Shown here piece by piece: positions 19,220 through 28,024 of a stretch of DNA of 64,000 nt (positions within the stretch are counted from its first letter, which is position 1; the number at the start of each line of letters is the position of its first letter). The notes below the pieces were generated by a model. That model was given only the letters and a program-made list of their open reading frames with translations. It did not search any database and was not told the origin of the DNA. Both the position numbers and the translations under genes were made by a program. This DNA comes from Promethearchaeota archaeon (GTDB taxonomy: Archaea > Asgardarchaeota > Lokiarchaeia > Sigyniarchaeales > SOKP01). The stretch covers positions 88,743 to 152,742 of the forward strand of contig JBHLPW010000002.1 in assembly GCA_048939015.1 (NCBI GenBank), given 5' to 3'.

Positions 19220-19696
19220 ATGATAATTATGTACTCATTAAGAAAAGCTAATCTGAATGATATTGACAAATTAATAGAATTTCGAATTGAATTTTTGAAG
19301 GAAATTCAAGAATATCCGCCCTATAAGGAATTCGAGATATTTCAAAACTCTTTAAAAGAATATTTATTAACTAAAATGAAAAATAATAAGTTTGTTGCAT
19401 GGTTTGCTGAGTACGAAAATGAAATAATTGCTACAAGCGGATTGTCGTTTCTCCAAAAACCACCTCATTTCATCAACATAACAGGTAAATTTGCCTATAT
19501 CATGAATATGTATACTAATCCTGAATGGCGTAGAAAAGGTATTGGTTCAGCATTACTAGAGAAATTGTTTGAAGAAATAAAACAAAAAGGGATACATTCA
19601 GTTGTTCTACATGCGACTCCATCTGGGAGGTTTTTATACGAGAAATATGGTTTTAGAGAAAATGAGGGAGATAAAGAAATGATCTTAAAATTATAA
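19220..19696 (+). CDS. GNAT family N-acetyltransferase
   Basis: NMYTNPEWRRKGIGSALL acetyl-CoA motif; LYEKYGF. Confidence 0.9.
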   Translation: MIIMYSLRKANLNDIDKLIEFRIEFLKEIQEYPPYKEFEIFQNSLKEYLLTKMKNNKFVAWFAEYENEIIATSGLSFLQKPPHFINITGKFAYIMNMYTNPEWRRKGIGSALLEKLFEEIKQKGIHSVVLHATPSGRFLYEKYGFRENEGDKEMILKL

Positions 19697-19833
19697 ATAT
19701 ACATCTATAAAAAATTCTAGCCCTTGAGAAGACGGAAATCTTTATAAATGAATAAGTTGAAATTTGAATCGGAGATATTCAATTTTTAAAATTTTCATAT
19801 CTTCATTAATAATGAAATTTACGTGATGGTCTA

Positions 19834-20481
19834 ATGAGTGATTCAAGTACGTTAGATAAATTAAAAAAAGCAGTTCTTGAAGGAGATGATGAAATCGCCC
19901 AAGGACTAGCTAAAAAAGCACTAAAGGAAAAAATAGAGCCGCTTAAAATAGTAAGTGAAGGTATTGTTCCAGGAATACAAGAAGCAGGTGAATTGTGGAA
20001 ACAGAATGTGTATTTTCATACAGATATAATATTATGTGCTGAAGCTTTCCGATTGGCTATGGAAATCATAGAACCAAAATTGTCAGCGGGAGCGCTTGCA
20101 AAATCAGGGAAAATTGTAATGGGAACAGTAGCAGGAGATATGCATAATCTTGGTAAGATTATGGTTAACGCAACTTTACGAGGCGGAGGCTTTGAAGTTA
20201 TTGATCTAGGGGAAGATGTATCTCAAGATACTTTTATACAAAAAGTAAAAGAATTGAATCCTAACATTTTGGGATTAGGTTGTTATATGTCAACCACGAT
20301 GTTAGAAATGAAAGAAATTATGAGCAGACTTAATAATGAAGGTTTAAGAGATAAAATTAAAGTAATGATAGGTGGTGTCCCCTGTACCCAAGAATATGCT
20401 AACGAAATAGGTGCTGATGCTTGGGGTAAAGATGCATTTGATGCTGTAGAAAAAGCAAAGAAATTGATGGGGGTGTCTTAA
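19834..20481 (+). CDS. Corrinoid (B12-binding) methyltransferase protein, MtaC/MttC-like
   Basis: Cap domain plus GTVAGDMHNLGK (DxHxxG), DLGEDV, VMIGG, IGADAW. Confidence 0.92.
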   Translation: MSDSSTLDKLKKAVLEGDDEIAQGLAKKALKEKIEPLKIVSEGIVPGIQEAGELWKQNVYFHTDIILCAEAFRLAMEIIEPKLSAGALAKSGKIVMGTVAGDMHNLGKIMVNATLRGGGFEVIDLGEDVSQDTFIQKVKELNPNILGLGCYMSTTMLEMKEIMSRLNNEGLRDKIKVMIGGVPCTQEYANEIGADAWGKDAFDAVEKAKKLMGVS

Positions 20482-20482
20482 A

Positions 20483-22063
20483 GTGTCTCAGACAGGAGAA
20501 GTTAAAAAAGACATAGGTAGTTTAATTTCAAGAGGAGATACAGGTGCATTAACTATTGGAGCTCAATGTCATGATCATGTAATGTATCTTACAAAATCAC
20601 CTGCTAAAAAATTCTATAGTGATTTTGCCTTTAATTATGAAATGGGTGAGATAGTAGGGCGTTATTATAATTTAGATAGTCCCGCAGGAGGTCATGATAT
20701 ATATGATCTTGAAGTAGAAGCATTAGGTGGAAAGTTAATTTATGGTGAAAATTCGATGCCTACTATTGATTTTCGTGAACCATTAATTAAGAGTCCAGAA
20801 GATCTTAAAAAACTGAAAATGAAAAAAGTTGATTTCCATACAGCTGGTCGATATCCGTCATTAATGAAGTCGGGTGGATTAGTACAAGCCGATATGGCAA
20901 TGGTTTCTTTTTGTTCACCCTTTAGTTTAGCTGTAGGATTGATGGGGTTTCCAGCACTTATTAAAGCGATGAGGAAACACCCAGATTTCGCTCATGATGT
21001 ATTTAAATTTATCGTTGATGATGTATTAACCCCTTCGATTAAAGCTCAAAATGAAACTATGGATGCTCTCATGGGAGTGGGAGCTGATGCTTGGGCTTGT
21101 GTACCAAATTTATCTCCGAAAGAAATGCAAGAATGGGTAGTCCCTTATAATCAAAGACTTGAGGAGAACGTAAAAAAAATCGGAGTCACCACTATGAATG
21201 TAAGTGGGGATTATTGTGAAGAAAGGATAGAAAAATTTGATCCTAAAATCCTTCATGATAGTTTTGATGTAGAAATTGCTAGCATGGGAGGAACTCCTGC
21301 CATATTTTTAGGTATGGGACGTTGGCATGAGTATCCCCTTGAAGCAGTTCGAAATTACACAGAAAAATTTCGCAAAAAAGGAATTCCTGTGACTGTAACT
21401 GCAGGTATAAACGCCCGATTACTACGTGATGGTCCAATTGATAAAATTGTAGATACTGTTAAGAGATATATTGATGCTTTTGCTCGTGATCATAATTTAA
21501 GTATTTTCCTCATGAATGTACCATATGATACTCCATCAGCTCATATTCATGCTGCTGTAGCTGCTACTCATACATATGGAAAATTACCGATCGCAAATAA
21601 CTTGGATGACATAAATTTTGTGCTGCCAAAGAGAGAGTCTTTTGATGAATGGGTAAATACTGAAGAGGCGAAGAAAAAACCTCCAAAAGAAAAAGAGAGA
21701 AGGGGTCTAGCAGGATTACTATGGGGACAAATGGGGAAAATTAATAATAACCCTAAATTTAAGGAACTATATGCAGATGCAAAGATGAGCTTCTTATATA
21801 ATCTCACTGACCAACGATATGGTGCTTTAATTAAGGTAGAAAATGGAAGATTGGAAGTAGAACATGTGAGGAATGATGAGGAGACATTAAAAAGTCTGAA
21901 GGTAGATGCTTTACTCGCATGTCCAGCAGGTTTATTTTTTGATTTTAGTGCTGGTAAATTATCTAAAGTTGCTATGATAGGTAAAATGCTTACTGGCAAG
22001 CTAAAAGTGAAAGGAGCGAAAAAAATGAAAGAACTGGGAAATATAATGGCTCTAATGAGCTAA
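20483..22063 (+). CDS. UroD/MtaA-CmuA family methyltransferase fused to a C-terminal SCP2 (sterol carrier protein-2-like) domain
   Basis: DLEVEALGG, SPFSLA, 'TPSAHIHAAVAA...YG' TIM-barrel end; C-terminal 'FFDFSAGKLSKVAMIGKMLTGKLKVKG' SCP2-like signature; GTG start 1 nt after the corrinoid gene. Confidence 0.75.
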   Translation: MSQTGEVKKDIGSLISRGDTGALTIGAQCHDHVMYLTKSPAKKFYSDFAFNYEMGEIVGRYYNLDSPAGGHDIYDLEVEALGGKLIYGENSMPTIDFREPLIKSPEDLKKLKMKKVDFHTAGRYPSLMKSGGLVQADMAMVSFCSPFSLAVGLMGFPALIKAMRKHPDFAHDVFKFIVDDVLTPSIKAQNETMDALMGVGADAWACVPNLSPKEMQEWVVPYNQRLEENVKKIGVTTMNVSGDYCEERIEKFDPKILHDSFDVEIASMGGTPAIFLGMGRWHEYPLEAVRNYTEKFRKKGIPVTVTAGINARLLRDGPIDKIVDTVKRYIDAFARDHNLSIFLMNVPYDTPSAHIHAAVAATHTYGKLPIANNLDDINFVLPKRESFDEWVNTEEAKKKPPKEKERRGLAGLLWGQMGKINNNPKFKELYADAKMSFLYNLTDQRYGALIKVENGRLEVEHVRNDEETLKSLKVDALLACPAGLFFDFSAGKLSKVAMIGKMLTGKLKVKGAKKMKELGNIMALMS

Positions 22064-22107
22064 TTTTTTTTTATTATTATTTTTTATATAAAAAGAAGAT
22101 GGTATAT

Positions 22108-22611
22108 TTATTCGATTTTTTTTATATCTCTTTTAAGAATTTTACCTAAAACTGCTCCAAGAACGGAAATACCTACCCCAATAAATGGAAGATAAAGCCC
22201 TGCTTGAATTTCATATGTACTCCAAAAGTTCATATTGGTATGTGAATAAAAACCATTTTGTATTCCTAAAATATATCCGATCAAAGTACTTAACTCTAAG
22301 AGTGCCAATATAATCCACAGATGTTCATTTTTAATAAAGACTTTTCTTCCTCTGTAATCCAAAATTGCACTAATAATAAATAAAGCAGAACTTAAAGCTA
22401 TTAGAATTGTAGTGATAATACTAGGAATAAACATTTCATTCGGTAACCAATCTAGCACATCGCCTGCTGTTACATGACGAATCCTTCCATTAATCCAAAT
22501 ATACTCTATCCAAGGCGAAGGACTATACCATACTGGAAACATAAACACCAGTAGAGAGATTATTCCTCCTACTATAGGTAAGAGACAATTTAATTTCTTT
22601 ATTTTGCTCAA
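22108..22611 (-). CDS. Hypothetical membrane protein (about 4 TM)
   Basis: 167 aa ORF with four hydrophobic segments. Confidence 0.7.
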   Translation of the reverse strand: MSKIKKLNCLLPIVGGIISLLVFMFPVWYSPSPWIEYIWINGRIRHVTAGDVLDWLPNEMFIPSIITTILIALSSALFIISAILDYRGRKVFIKNEHLWIILALLELSTLIGYILGIQNGFYSHTNMNFWSTYEIQAGLYLPFIGVGISVLGAVLGKILKRDIKKIE

Positions 22612-22669
22612 GATTTTAATTCCTCATTTATTTGTGCGATTTTATTATTTTTGATTTTTTTACAATTGA

Positions 22670-22728
22670 ACATGAAAATTCATAATTTATATTTAAATTT
22701 TAATCAGAATCACATGAAAATTCATAAT
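22670..22728. promoter_or_regulatory. Two identical 17-bp direct repeats ACATGAAAATTCATAAT, each containing the palindrome ATGAA-N2-TTCAT; putative transcription-factor sites upstream of hdrA
   Basis: Exact copies at 22670-22686 and 22712-22728 (42-bp period) in the divergent intergenic region. Confidence 0.6.
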
Positions 22729-22769
22729 AATTGAGTTTTAATAATATAGACTATTTACTTTATCATTAG

Positions 22770-22808
22770 TATTTCTGGGATTATTATGAAAAACTAATCC
22801 AAGAAATA
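22770..22808. promoter_or_regulatory. Inverted repeat/hairpin upstream of hdrA
   Basis: TATTTCTGGGATTA (22770-22783), 11-nt loop, TAATCCAAGAAATA (22795-22808); 13 of 14 positions complementary. Confidence 0.45.
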
Positions 22809-22855
22809 ATCGATCTGTAAAAGTTAGGAGGTTAGACTAACTAAAGGTGAGAGAT

Positions 22856-24832
22856 ATGTCTGATAAACAGACCAATGAAAACAATAACGAAGATCAACCA
22901 AGAATAGGTGTGTTCGTATGTCATTGAGGTATCAATATCGCAGGAATCTTAGACATACCAAAGATAGTCGAAGAAATAAATAAATTAGAAAATGTTTGGG
23001 CTTATCCATATTTATCATTATGTACTGAAGGTGGTTCCACCGTGATCAAAGAAAAACATGAAGAAGTTAATTTTAATAGAGTTTTGGTCGCTGCTTGCAC
23101 TCCAAAAACACATCAGCCTGTTTTCCATGCAATATTAACAGAGATGGGGTTACCTCCAAGATACTTAGAATTTGTAAACATTCGAGAACATTGTTCTTTT
23201 GTACATCAAGCTCCAGAAGTACGTGAAAAGGCTGCTCTAAAAGCAATTGAATTAATTAAAGCGGGGATTGCCAGAGCAAAATTATTAGAAGATGTCCCTA
23301 CAAAAACAGTACCAGTAGAACCAGCAGCTTTAGTTGTAGGTGGAGGAATTGCTGGTTTGTCTACCGCTATAGATTTAGGTGATGCGGGATATAAAGTCTA
23401 TTTAGTTGAAAAAAATACGACTATAGGAGGACGTATGTCCCAACTTGATAGAACTTTCCCTACAGATGATTGTTCTATATGAATATTGGGACCAAAAATG
23501 CTTGAAGCTAACCGCCATCCAAATATAGAAATCTTATCTTATAGCGAAGTAAATGAAATTGATGGATATATTGGGAATTTTGAAGTTAAGGTAAGAAAGA
23601 AGGCTCGATTTGTTCTTGAAGATAAATGCACGGGTTGTGGTACATGTACAGATGTTTGCCCCGTTTACATAAGTAATTACTTTGATGAACATCTTTCAGC
23701 AAGAAAAGTCATCGATATTGCATTTGCACAAGCAGTTCCCGCAATATCACAGCTGGATAGAACAGCATGCATCGAATGTTTTGCATGTGTAGATGCTTGC
23801 GAGCAATCTGCAATAGATTTTAGTCAGCAGGATGAGATAATAGAACTCAAAGTAGGTACAATAATAGTTGCCACTGGTTGGGATCTCTATCAAGGAGATG
23901 ATTATGGTTATGGTACTTATGATAACGTTATTAATCAAATAGAATTAGAGAGAATACTTGCTCCAAATGGTCCAACTTATGGTCATCTAAAGCGTCCATC
24001 TGATGGTAAACGTCCAACCAAGGTTTTATTCATCAACTGTGTTGGATCAAGGGATGTAAGTAAGAATGCTCACTGCAGTGTTATCTGTTGTAATCTTTCC
24101 CTGAAAAACTCAAAATTAATTAAATCTGAGTACCCTGATTCGCAAATAGTTTGTTGTTACATAGATATGAGATGTGCAGGAAAAGATTATGAAGAATACT
24201 ATAGAAGATCTCGAGATGCGGGAATAATCTTTGTTAAAGGATTAGTTGGAAAAATTGAAGAAGATCCTCTAACAAAAAACCTTACTGTTCAATTTGAACC
24301 TGTTGGAACGGACTCAGTAGTTACTATGGAATTCCATATGGTAGTATTATCACCTGCTTCACTCCCATCTCAAGGAACAGTTGAAATTGCAAAAGTATTA
24401 AACATGGAAAAAAGTCCCGATGGATTTTTAAAAGAATATCATGCTCGTTTGGATCCAATTAGTACAAAAGTACCTGGAATTTATATTTGCGGTTCTGCTC
24501 AAGGTCAGAAAGAAATCGATAAAGCAGTAAGTCAAGCAAGAGGAGCTGCATCAGTAGCAGGGATTCCTATGGGTAAGGGAGAATATACTATGGAACTAAT
24601 TCGAGCAACTCCTTCGGATGAAAGATGCGCTAAATGCTATAAATGTATTGAAGCCTGTCCTTATTCTGCGATTTCTGTAAATGAACAAGGCAATATAGTT
24701 GTTAACCTTATTAATTGTCGAGGTTGCGGTACTTGTGCTTCATTATGCCCTTCAAAAGCAATTGAATTAACATACTTTAGAGATGATCAATATATGGCAT
24801 TAGTTGACGAATTATTACCAATGGAGGAATAA
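22856..24832 (+). CDS. hdrA: Heterodisulfide reductase subunit A, selenoprotein with two Sec (658 aa)
   Basis: ATG at 22856 after an AGGTGA RBS. One frame continues through TGA 22925-22927 (RIGVFVCH-U-GINIAG) and TGA 23480-23482 (TFPTDDCSI-U-ILGPKM), both at conserved HdrA Cys positions. This joins track ORFs 23042..23482 and 23486..24832. Also GGGIAG, CVGSRD, HCSVICC and two ferredoxin pairs. Confidence 0.93.
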
Positions 24833-24845
24833 AGAGGTAATTAAA

Positions 24846-25304
24846 ATGGCTGAAGATAATGATATTAAAATAATAGTATTTGCTTGCTGGAAATGAGGTT
24901 ATGGTTCAGCGGATATGGCAGGGACTATTCGAGCCCAATATCCGGATTCGATTAGAAACGTATTAGTGCCTTGCTCAGGACGTGTAGGACCAGATCTAAT
25001 TATGCGAGCATTTGGAAGAGGTGCAGATGGTGTCGTTATTAATGCTTGATATCCTGGTGAATGCGATTATGAGACAGGAAATTACCATGCATATAGACAG
25101 GTTGAATATATAAAAGAAATCTTAAAAGTAGTCGGTATAAGTCCTGATAGGTTAAAAATAATCTATTGCACCGCTGCTGAAGGTCAGAAATTTCAAAATG
25201 AGGCTATTGAAATCGATAAAACAATCCGTAAATTAGGACCAAGTCCTTTACATACAAAAGGCACACCTAAAAAAGAAAAAGCTAAAGCGAAAGCTAAAGC
25301 TTAA
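24846..25304 (+). CDS. mvhD: MvhD/VhuD [2Fe-2S] subunit, selenoprotein with two Sec (152 aa)
   Basis: Not in the ORF track. MAEDNDIKIIVFACWK-U(24894-24896)-GYGSADMAG...VPCSGRV...GADGVVINA-U(25047-25049)-YPGECDYETGNY...GISPDRL...AAEGQKF...LGPSP; TAA at 25302-25304; GAGGT RBS upstream. Confidence 0.93.
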
Positions 25305-25310
25305 AAAATA

Positions 25311-25384
25311 ATGTGTTGACTGATGAAGCTGAGTTAAAAAAAATGAGAACTCAGCTGAAGAAATGGGTGCACCATATAACACAT
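25311..25384 (+). ncRNA. Eukaryote-type SECIS element (cis-acting 3' UTR stem-loop)
   Basis: ATGA (25323-25326), perfect 9-bp stem AGCTGAGTT (25327-25335)/AACTCAGCT (25348-25356), A-rich loop AAAAAAAATGAG, then GA (25357-25358). Outer pairing ATGTGTT (25311-25317)/AACACAT (25378-25384). Located right after the mvhD stop. Confidence 0.85.
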
Positions 25385-25483
25385 AAAAAAGTAATAATAA
25401 AATATAAAAAAAAATCAAAAATTTGATTCATAAATTTGGAAAATTTAAAAAATAGTTTAGTATATAGTTAGAGTTGGAATTTC

Positions 25484-26623
25484 ATGGAAGTCATAGCAGA
25501 ATACTTAATAAAGATTGAAGATTTTCCTAAGATCTTAACAACTTTATTAAAGGAAAAAGCTGTAGATAAATTCATAGGTGCTGAACTTAGGGTGGATAAA
25601 AAATCTGGTGCTATAGACCGATTTACTGTTCAGCCTAAATTAGCAGAAAAAGAGGAAGATGTTAAAGATTTTCCTTTAACTCCTCTAATTGCATTTGGAT
25701 ACGCAAGAACAGACTCGGCTTCAAAGTATCTGCATAAATCAGTTGCAGGTGCGATGAATGAAAAAGTAGGATTGGTTGCTCGTCCGTGCGACACAAGAGC
25801 CCTAATAGAACTTGCAAAGATTCGACAAGTAAACCTAGACAATCTCTTTGTGATTGGTATTGAAGATCGGGGAATGCTTCCAAAAGCAGGACGAGAAATG
25901 AAAGCGATTAAGGATGTTGATCCAACTAAAATTGTGAAAGAAAAAGTAGGCGATACTGGTCTTATCGTGAAAATGGAAGATGGAAGCACAAAAGAGCTTA
26001 ATCTTACTGTAGCAGAAAATTGTTTAAGATGCTATCGTAAAATTCCTGTAGTCGCTGATTTAACTGTGAGTGATCTTGGAATTCCAGTTGATTCGGATGA
26101 GATAATCCTAAAAGTTTATTCAGATAAAGGGAGTGAAATTTTAGATAAATCAGGAATTAGTAAAAAACCTCTCCCCGATAAAGAAAAAAAAGCTCATTCA
26201 GATAAATATAATGAAATAATCGAAAAAGCAAAAGAAAAACGAGCAAAAGATTTGGAAGAATGGGATACACTTTCACAAGATGAAAAAATTGCTGAACTTC
26301 TTAAATGTACAATGTGTAACACTTGTATTCGTGGTTGTCCTGTTTGTTATTGTGTGGATTGCATATTAATGAAAAAGAGAAAGGATAAAGCTATTGATAA
26401 AGCAACATATCAATTAACGAGAGTAGCTCATGATGCTGATCGCTGTGTTGAGTGTGGGAACTGTGATAATAATTGCCCTCAAAATTTACCTCTTTCGCTC
26501 TATTTTCAATCTTTGAATGAAGCTTTTAAAGAAAAGTTTGGTTATGAGGCAGGGATGTCTCTCGAAGATATTCCATTTCGATCTGGAAAAGCAATTTCTC
26601 AGATGGAATTAGAGAAAACATAA
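25484..26623 (+). CDS. FdhB/FrhB-like (F420 hydrogenase/dehydrogenase beta family) subunit with C-terminal 2x[4Fe-4S]
   Basis: VGLVARPCDTRALIEL, NCLRC...ADL, CTMCNTCIRGCPVCYCVDC, RCVECGNCDNNCP. Confidence 0.82.
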   Translation: MEVIAEYLIKIEDFPKILTTLLKEKAVDKFIGAELRVDKKSGAIDRFTVQPKLAEKEEDVKDFPLTPLIAFGYARTDSASKYLHKSVAGAMNEKVGLVARPCDTRALIELAKIRQVNLDNLFVIGIEDRGMLPKAGREMKAIKDVDPTKIVKEKVGDTGLIVKMEDGSTKELNLTVAENCLRCYRKIPVVADLTVSDLGIPVDSDEIILKVYSDKGSEILDKSGISKKPLPDKEKKAHSDKYNEIIEKAKEKRAKDLEEWDTLSQDEKIAELLKCTMCNTCIRGCPVCYCVDCILMKKRKDKAIDKATYQLTRVAHDADRCVECGNCDNNCPQNLPLSLYFQSLNEAFKEKFGYEAGMSLEDIPFRSGKAISQMELEKT

Positions 26624-26806
26624 GACTAATTATTTTAAATTCTTTATTTTATAATTTTATTGAAATAATAAAGGTCCTTTTTAGAGAATTTCTTTTTTTT
26701 AACTTTTTTTGTAAAAAAATAGGTATAAATAGTGCAATTTTTTTATCAAATTTAAGAAAATTTACATAAAGTAAATCAAAAAGCTAAATAAGTTTATGAG
26801 AAATTT

Positions 26807-27730
26807 ATGTTATTACAAATTCTAGATAGCGAAATGGTATTTAATCTTTCAACAGCGCCTGTACTCGCATGTAGTTTGCTTTTTATTGGTTATTTGATAT
26901 TACGAAGAAACGGAAGAGGTATAAAATCCACAGAGTTTAGGGTTATTTTCATGTTCCTTACGTCAATAGCGGTAATGGTAACCATTACAATATTAGTAAA
27001 TGTAGTGTTTGAATATGGTGGTCTCCCTCTAATTTTTGCTTTTATCATAGGAATCGGTTATATGTTATTTTGTTTATTTTACATCGGTAGGACAATTTAT
27101 AGAGCGAATAACCAGATAGCTAATTTATTAGATAATGTGATCAAATCAAGTTCAGATGTAGCTGTGAATGTAGCGAATATAGCTACGGAGTTAGCAGCAA
27201 ACGCAAGTGAAATAAATGCCGCCTCAGAAGAGATTGCATCATCTACTTTAGAAGCAACCAATCTTACAGAAGGGATAATGAGAGCTTCAAGTGAAATAAA
27301 CAATGTTAATTCTCTTATTACGAATATAGCAGATCAAACAAATTTATTAGCATTAAATGCCAGTATTGAAGCTGGTAGAGCAGGTGAACAGGGGAGGGGA
27401 TTTGCGGTGGTCGCGGATGAAGTAAGAAAGTTAGCAGAAGAGTCAAAAAGAGCAGTCAGTAATACTGGTAATAAAATTTCAGATATCATTAATAACATCC
27501 AACTTTCATTTAACAATATGGAAGGAATTAGTTCGGCATCGGAACAACAGAGTGCTTCTATGGAAGAAATTACTGCAACAGCTAATAAATTAGGGACAAT
27601 GGCAGAGGTTCTAAAAGAATCCTTGGAAGTAAAAGAGGAATCGAATAAACAAAAGAAGAAAATGACCTTAAAAGTAAAAGGCAGACATAAAAATCAGTCA
27701 GACAAAAAATCTGCTAAGAAGTTTAAATAG
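26807..27730 (+). CDS. Methyl-accepting chemotaxis protein (short, N-terminal TM helices)
   Basis: Signalling hairpin [40 protein letters not shown]; three N-terminal TM segments. Confidence 0.92.
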   Translation: MLLQILDSEMVFNLSTAPVLACSLLFIGYLILRRNGRGIKSTEFRVIFMFLTSIAVMVTITILVNVVFEYGGLPLIFAFIIGIGYMLFCLFYIGRTIYRANNQIANLLDNVIKSSSDVAVNVANIATELAANASEINAASEEIASSTLEATNLTEGIMRASSEINNVNSLITNIADQTNLLALNASIEAGRAGEQGRGFAVVADEVRKLAEESKRAVSNTGNKISDIINNIQLSFNNMEGISSASEQQSASMEEITATANKLGTMAEVLKESLEVKEESNKQKKKMTLKVKGRHKNQSDKKSAKKFK

Positions 27731-27770
27731 AGTATCCTATTTTTATTTATTTTTTTTTATTTATTTTTAT

Positions 27771-27920
27771 TTATAGGAATGAACTAAGAAGACTAATTTT
27801 TTCAGGTAATAATATTTCAATTAAGGATTCTATTGATGATTTGACAATAGTATCCTTCATGATGTAATTTATTTCATTAAATGATCTATCTTTTCACATT
27901 AATTTTAGAAAAAAGGTACC
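27771..27920 (-). pseudogene. 3' remnant of a paralog of the GNAT gene at 28737-30014
   Basis: The minus strand reads GTFFLKLM*KDRSFNEINYIMKDTIVKSSIESLIEILLPEKISLLSSFL*. This aligns with the GNAT C-terminus ATLFKLILGDRTFDEINYIVKDAIVNISSKLLIETLFPKKLSLLGSYV*. Confidence 0.8.
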
Positions 27921-28024
27921 AAATTTCAAAAATTAGTCTTTTTATTTGATCAATTCTCAAAAAAAAATTAGAACTGTTTATTAACTTCAAAAGTTTTTAA
28001 ATAAATAAGTTATCAGAGGGATTC

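Noticed and set aside
22670-22728. Mini-CRISPR array
   Set aside because: Only two 17-bp repeats with a 25-bp spacer, too short, and no cas genes in the window.
23042-24832. Track ORFs 23042..23482 and 23486..24832 as two genes, or hdrA as a pseudogene
   Set aside because: They share one frame and are separated only by a TGA at a conserved Cys. The upstream 62 codons are also HdrA-like. Four of four interruptions in hdrA/mvhD are TGA at Cys positions, which random nonsense mutation would not produce.
22925-25049. Genome-wide UGA reassignment (Trp or Gly, code 4/25)
   Set aside because: TGG is used for Trp throughout, TGA terminates pepF and the MBL hydrolase, and the in-frame TGAs align with Cys.
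25361-25380. tRNA fragment suggested by 'GGGTGCACCA'
   Set aside because: No cloverleaf or T-loop (GTTC) around it. It is better explained as a small side hairpin of the SECIS region.
27739-27775. T-rich runs after stop codons (also about 16381, 22064, 45680) as distinct repeats
   Set aside because: They are probably ordinary archaeal oligo-T terminators, but cannot be delimited reliably in such AT-rich DNA.
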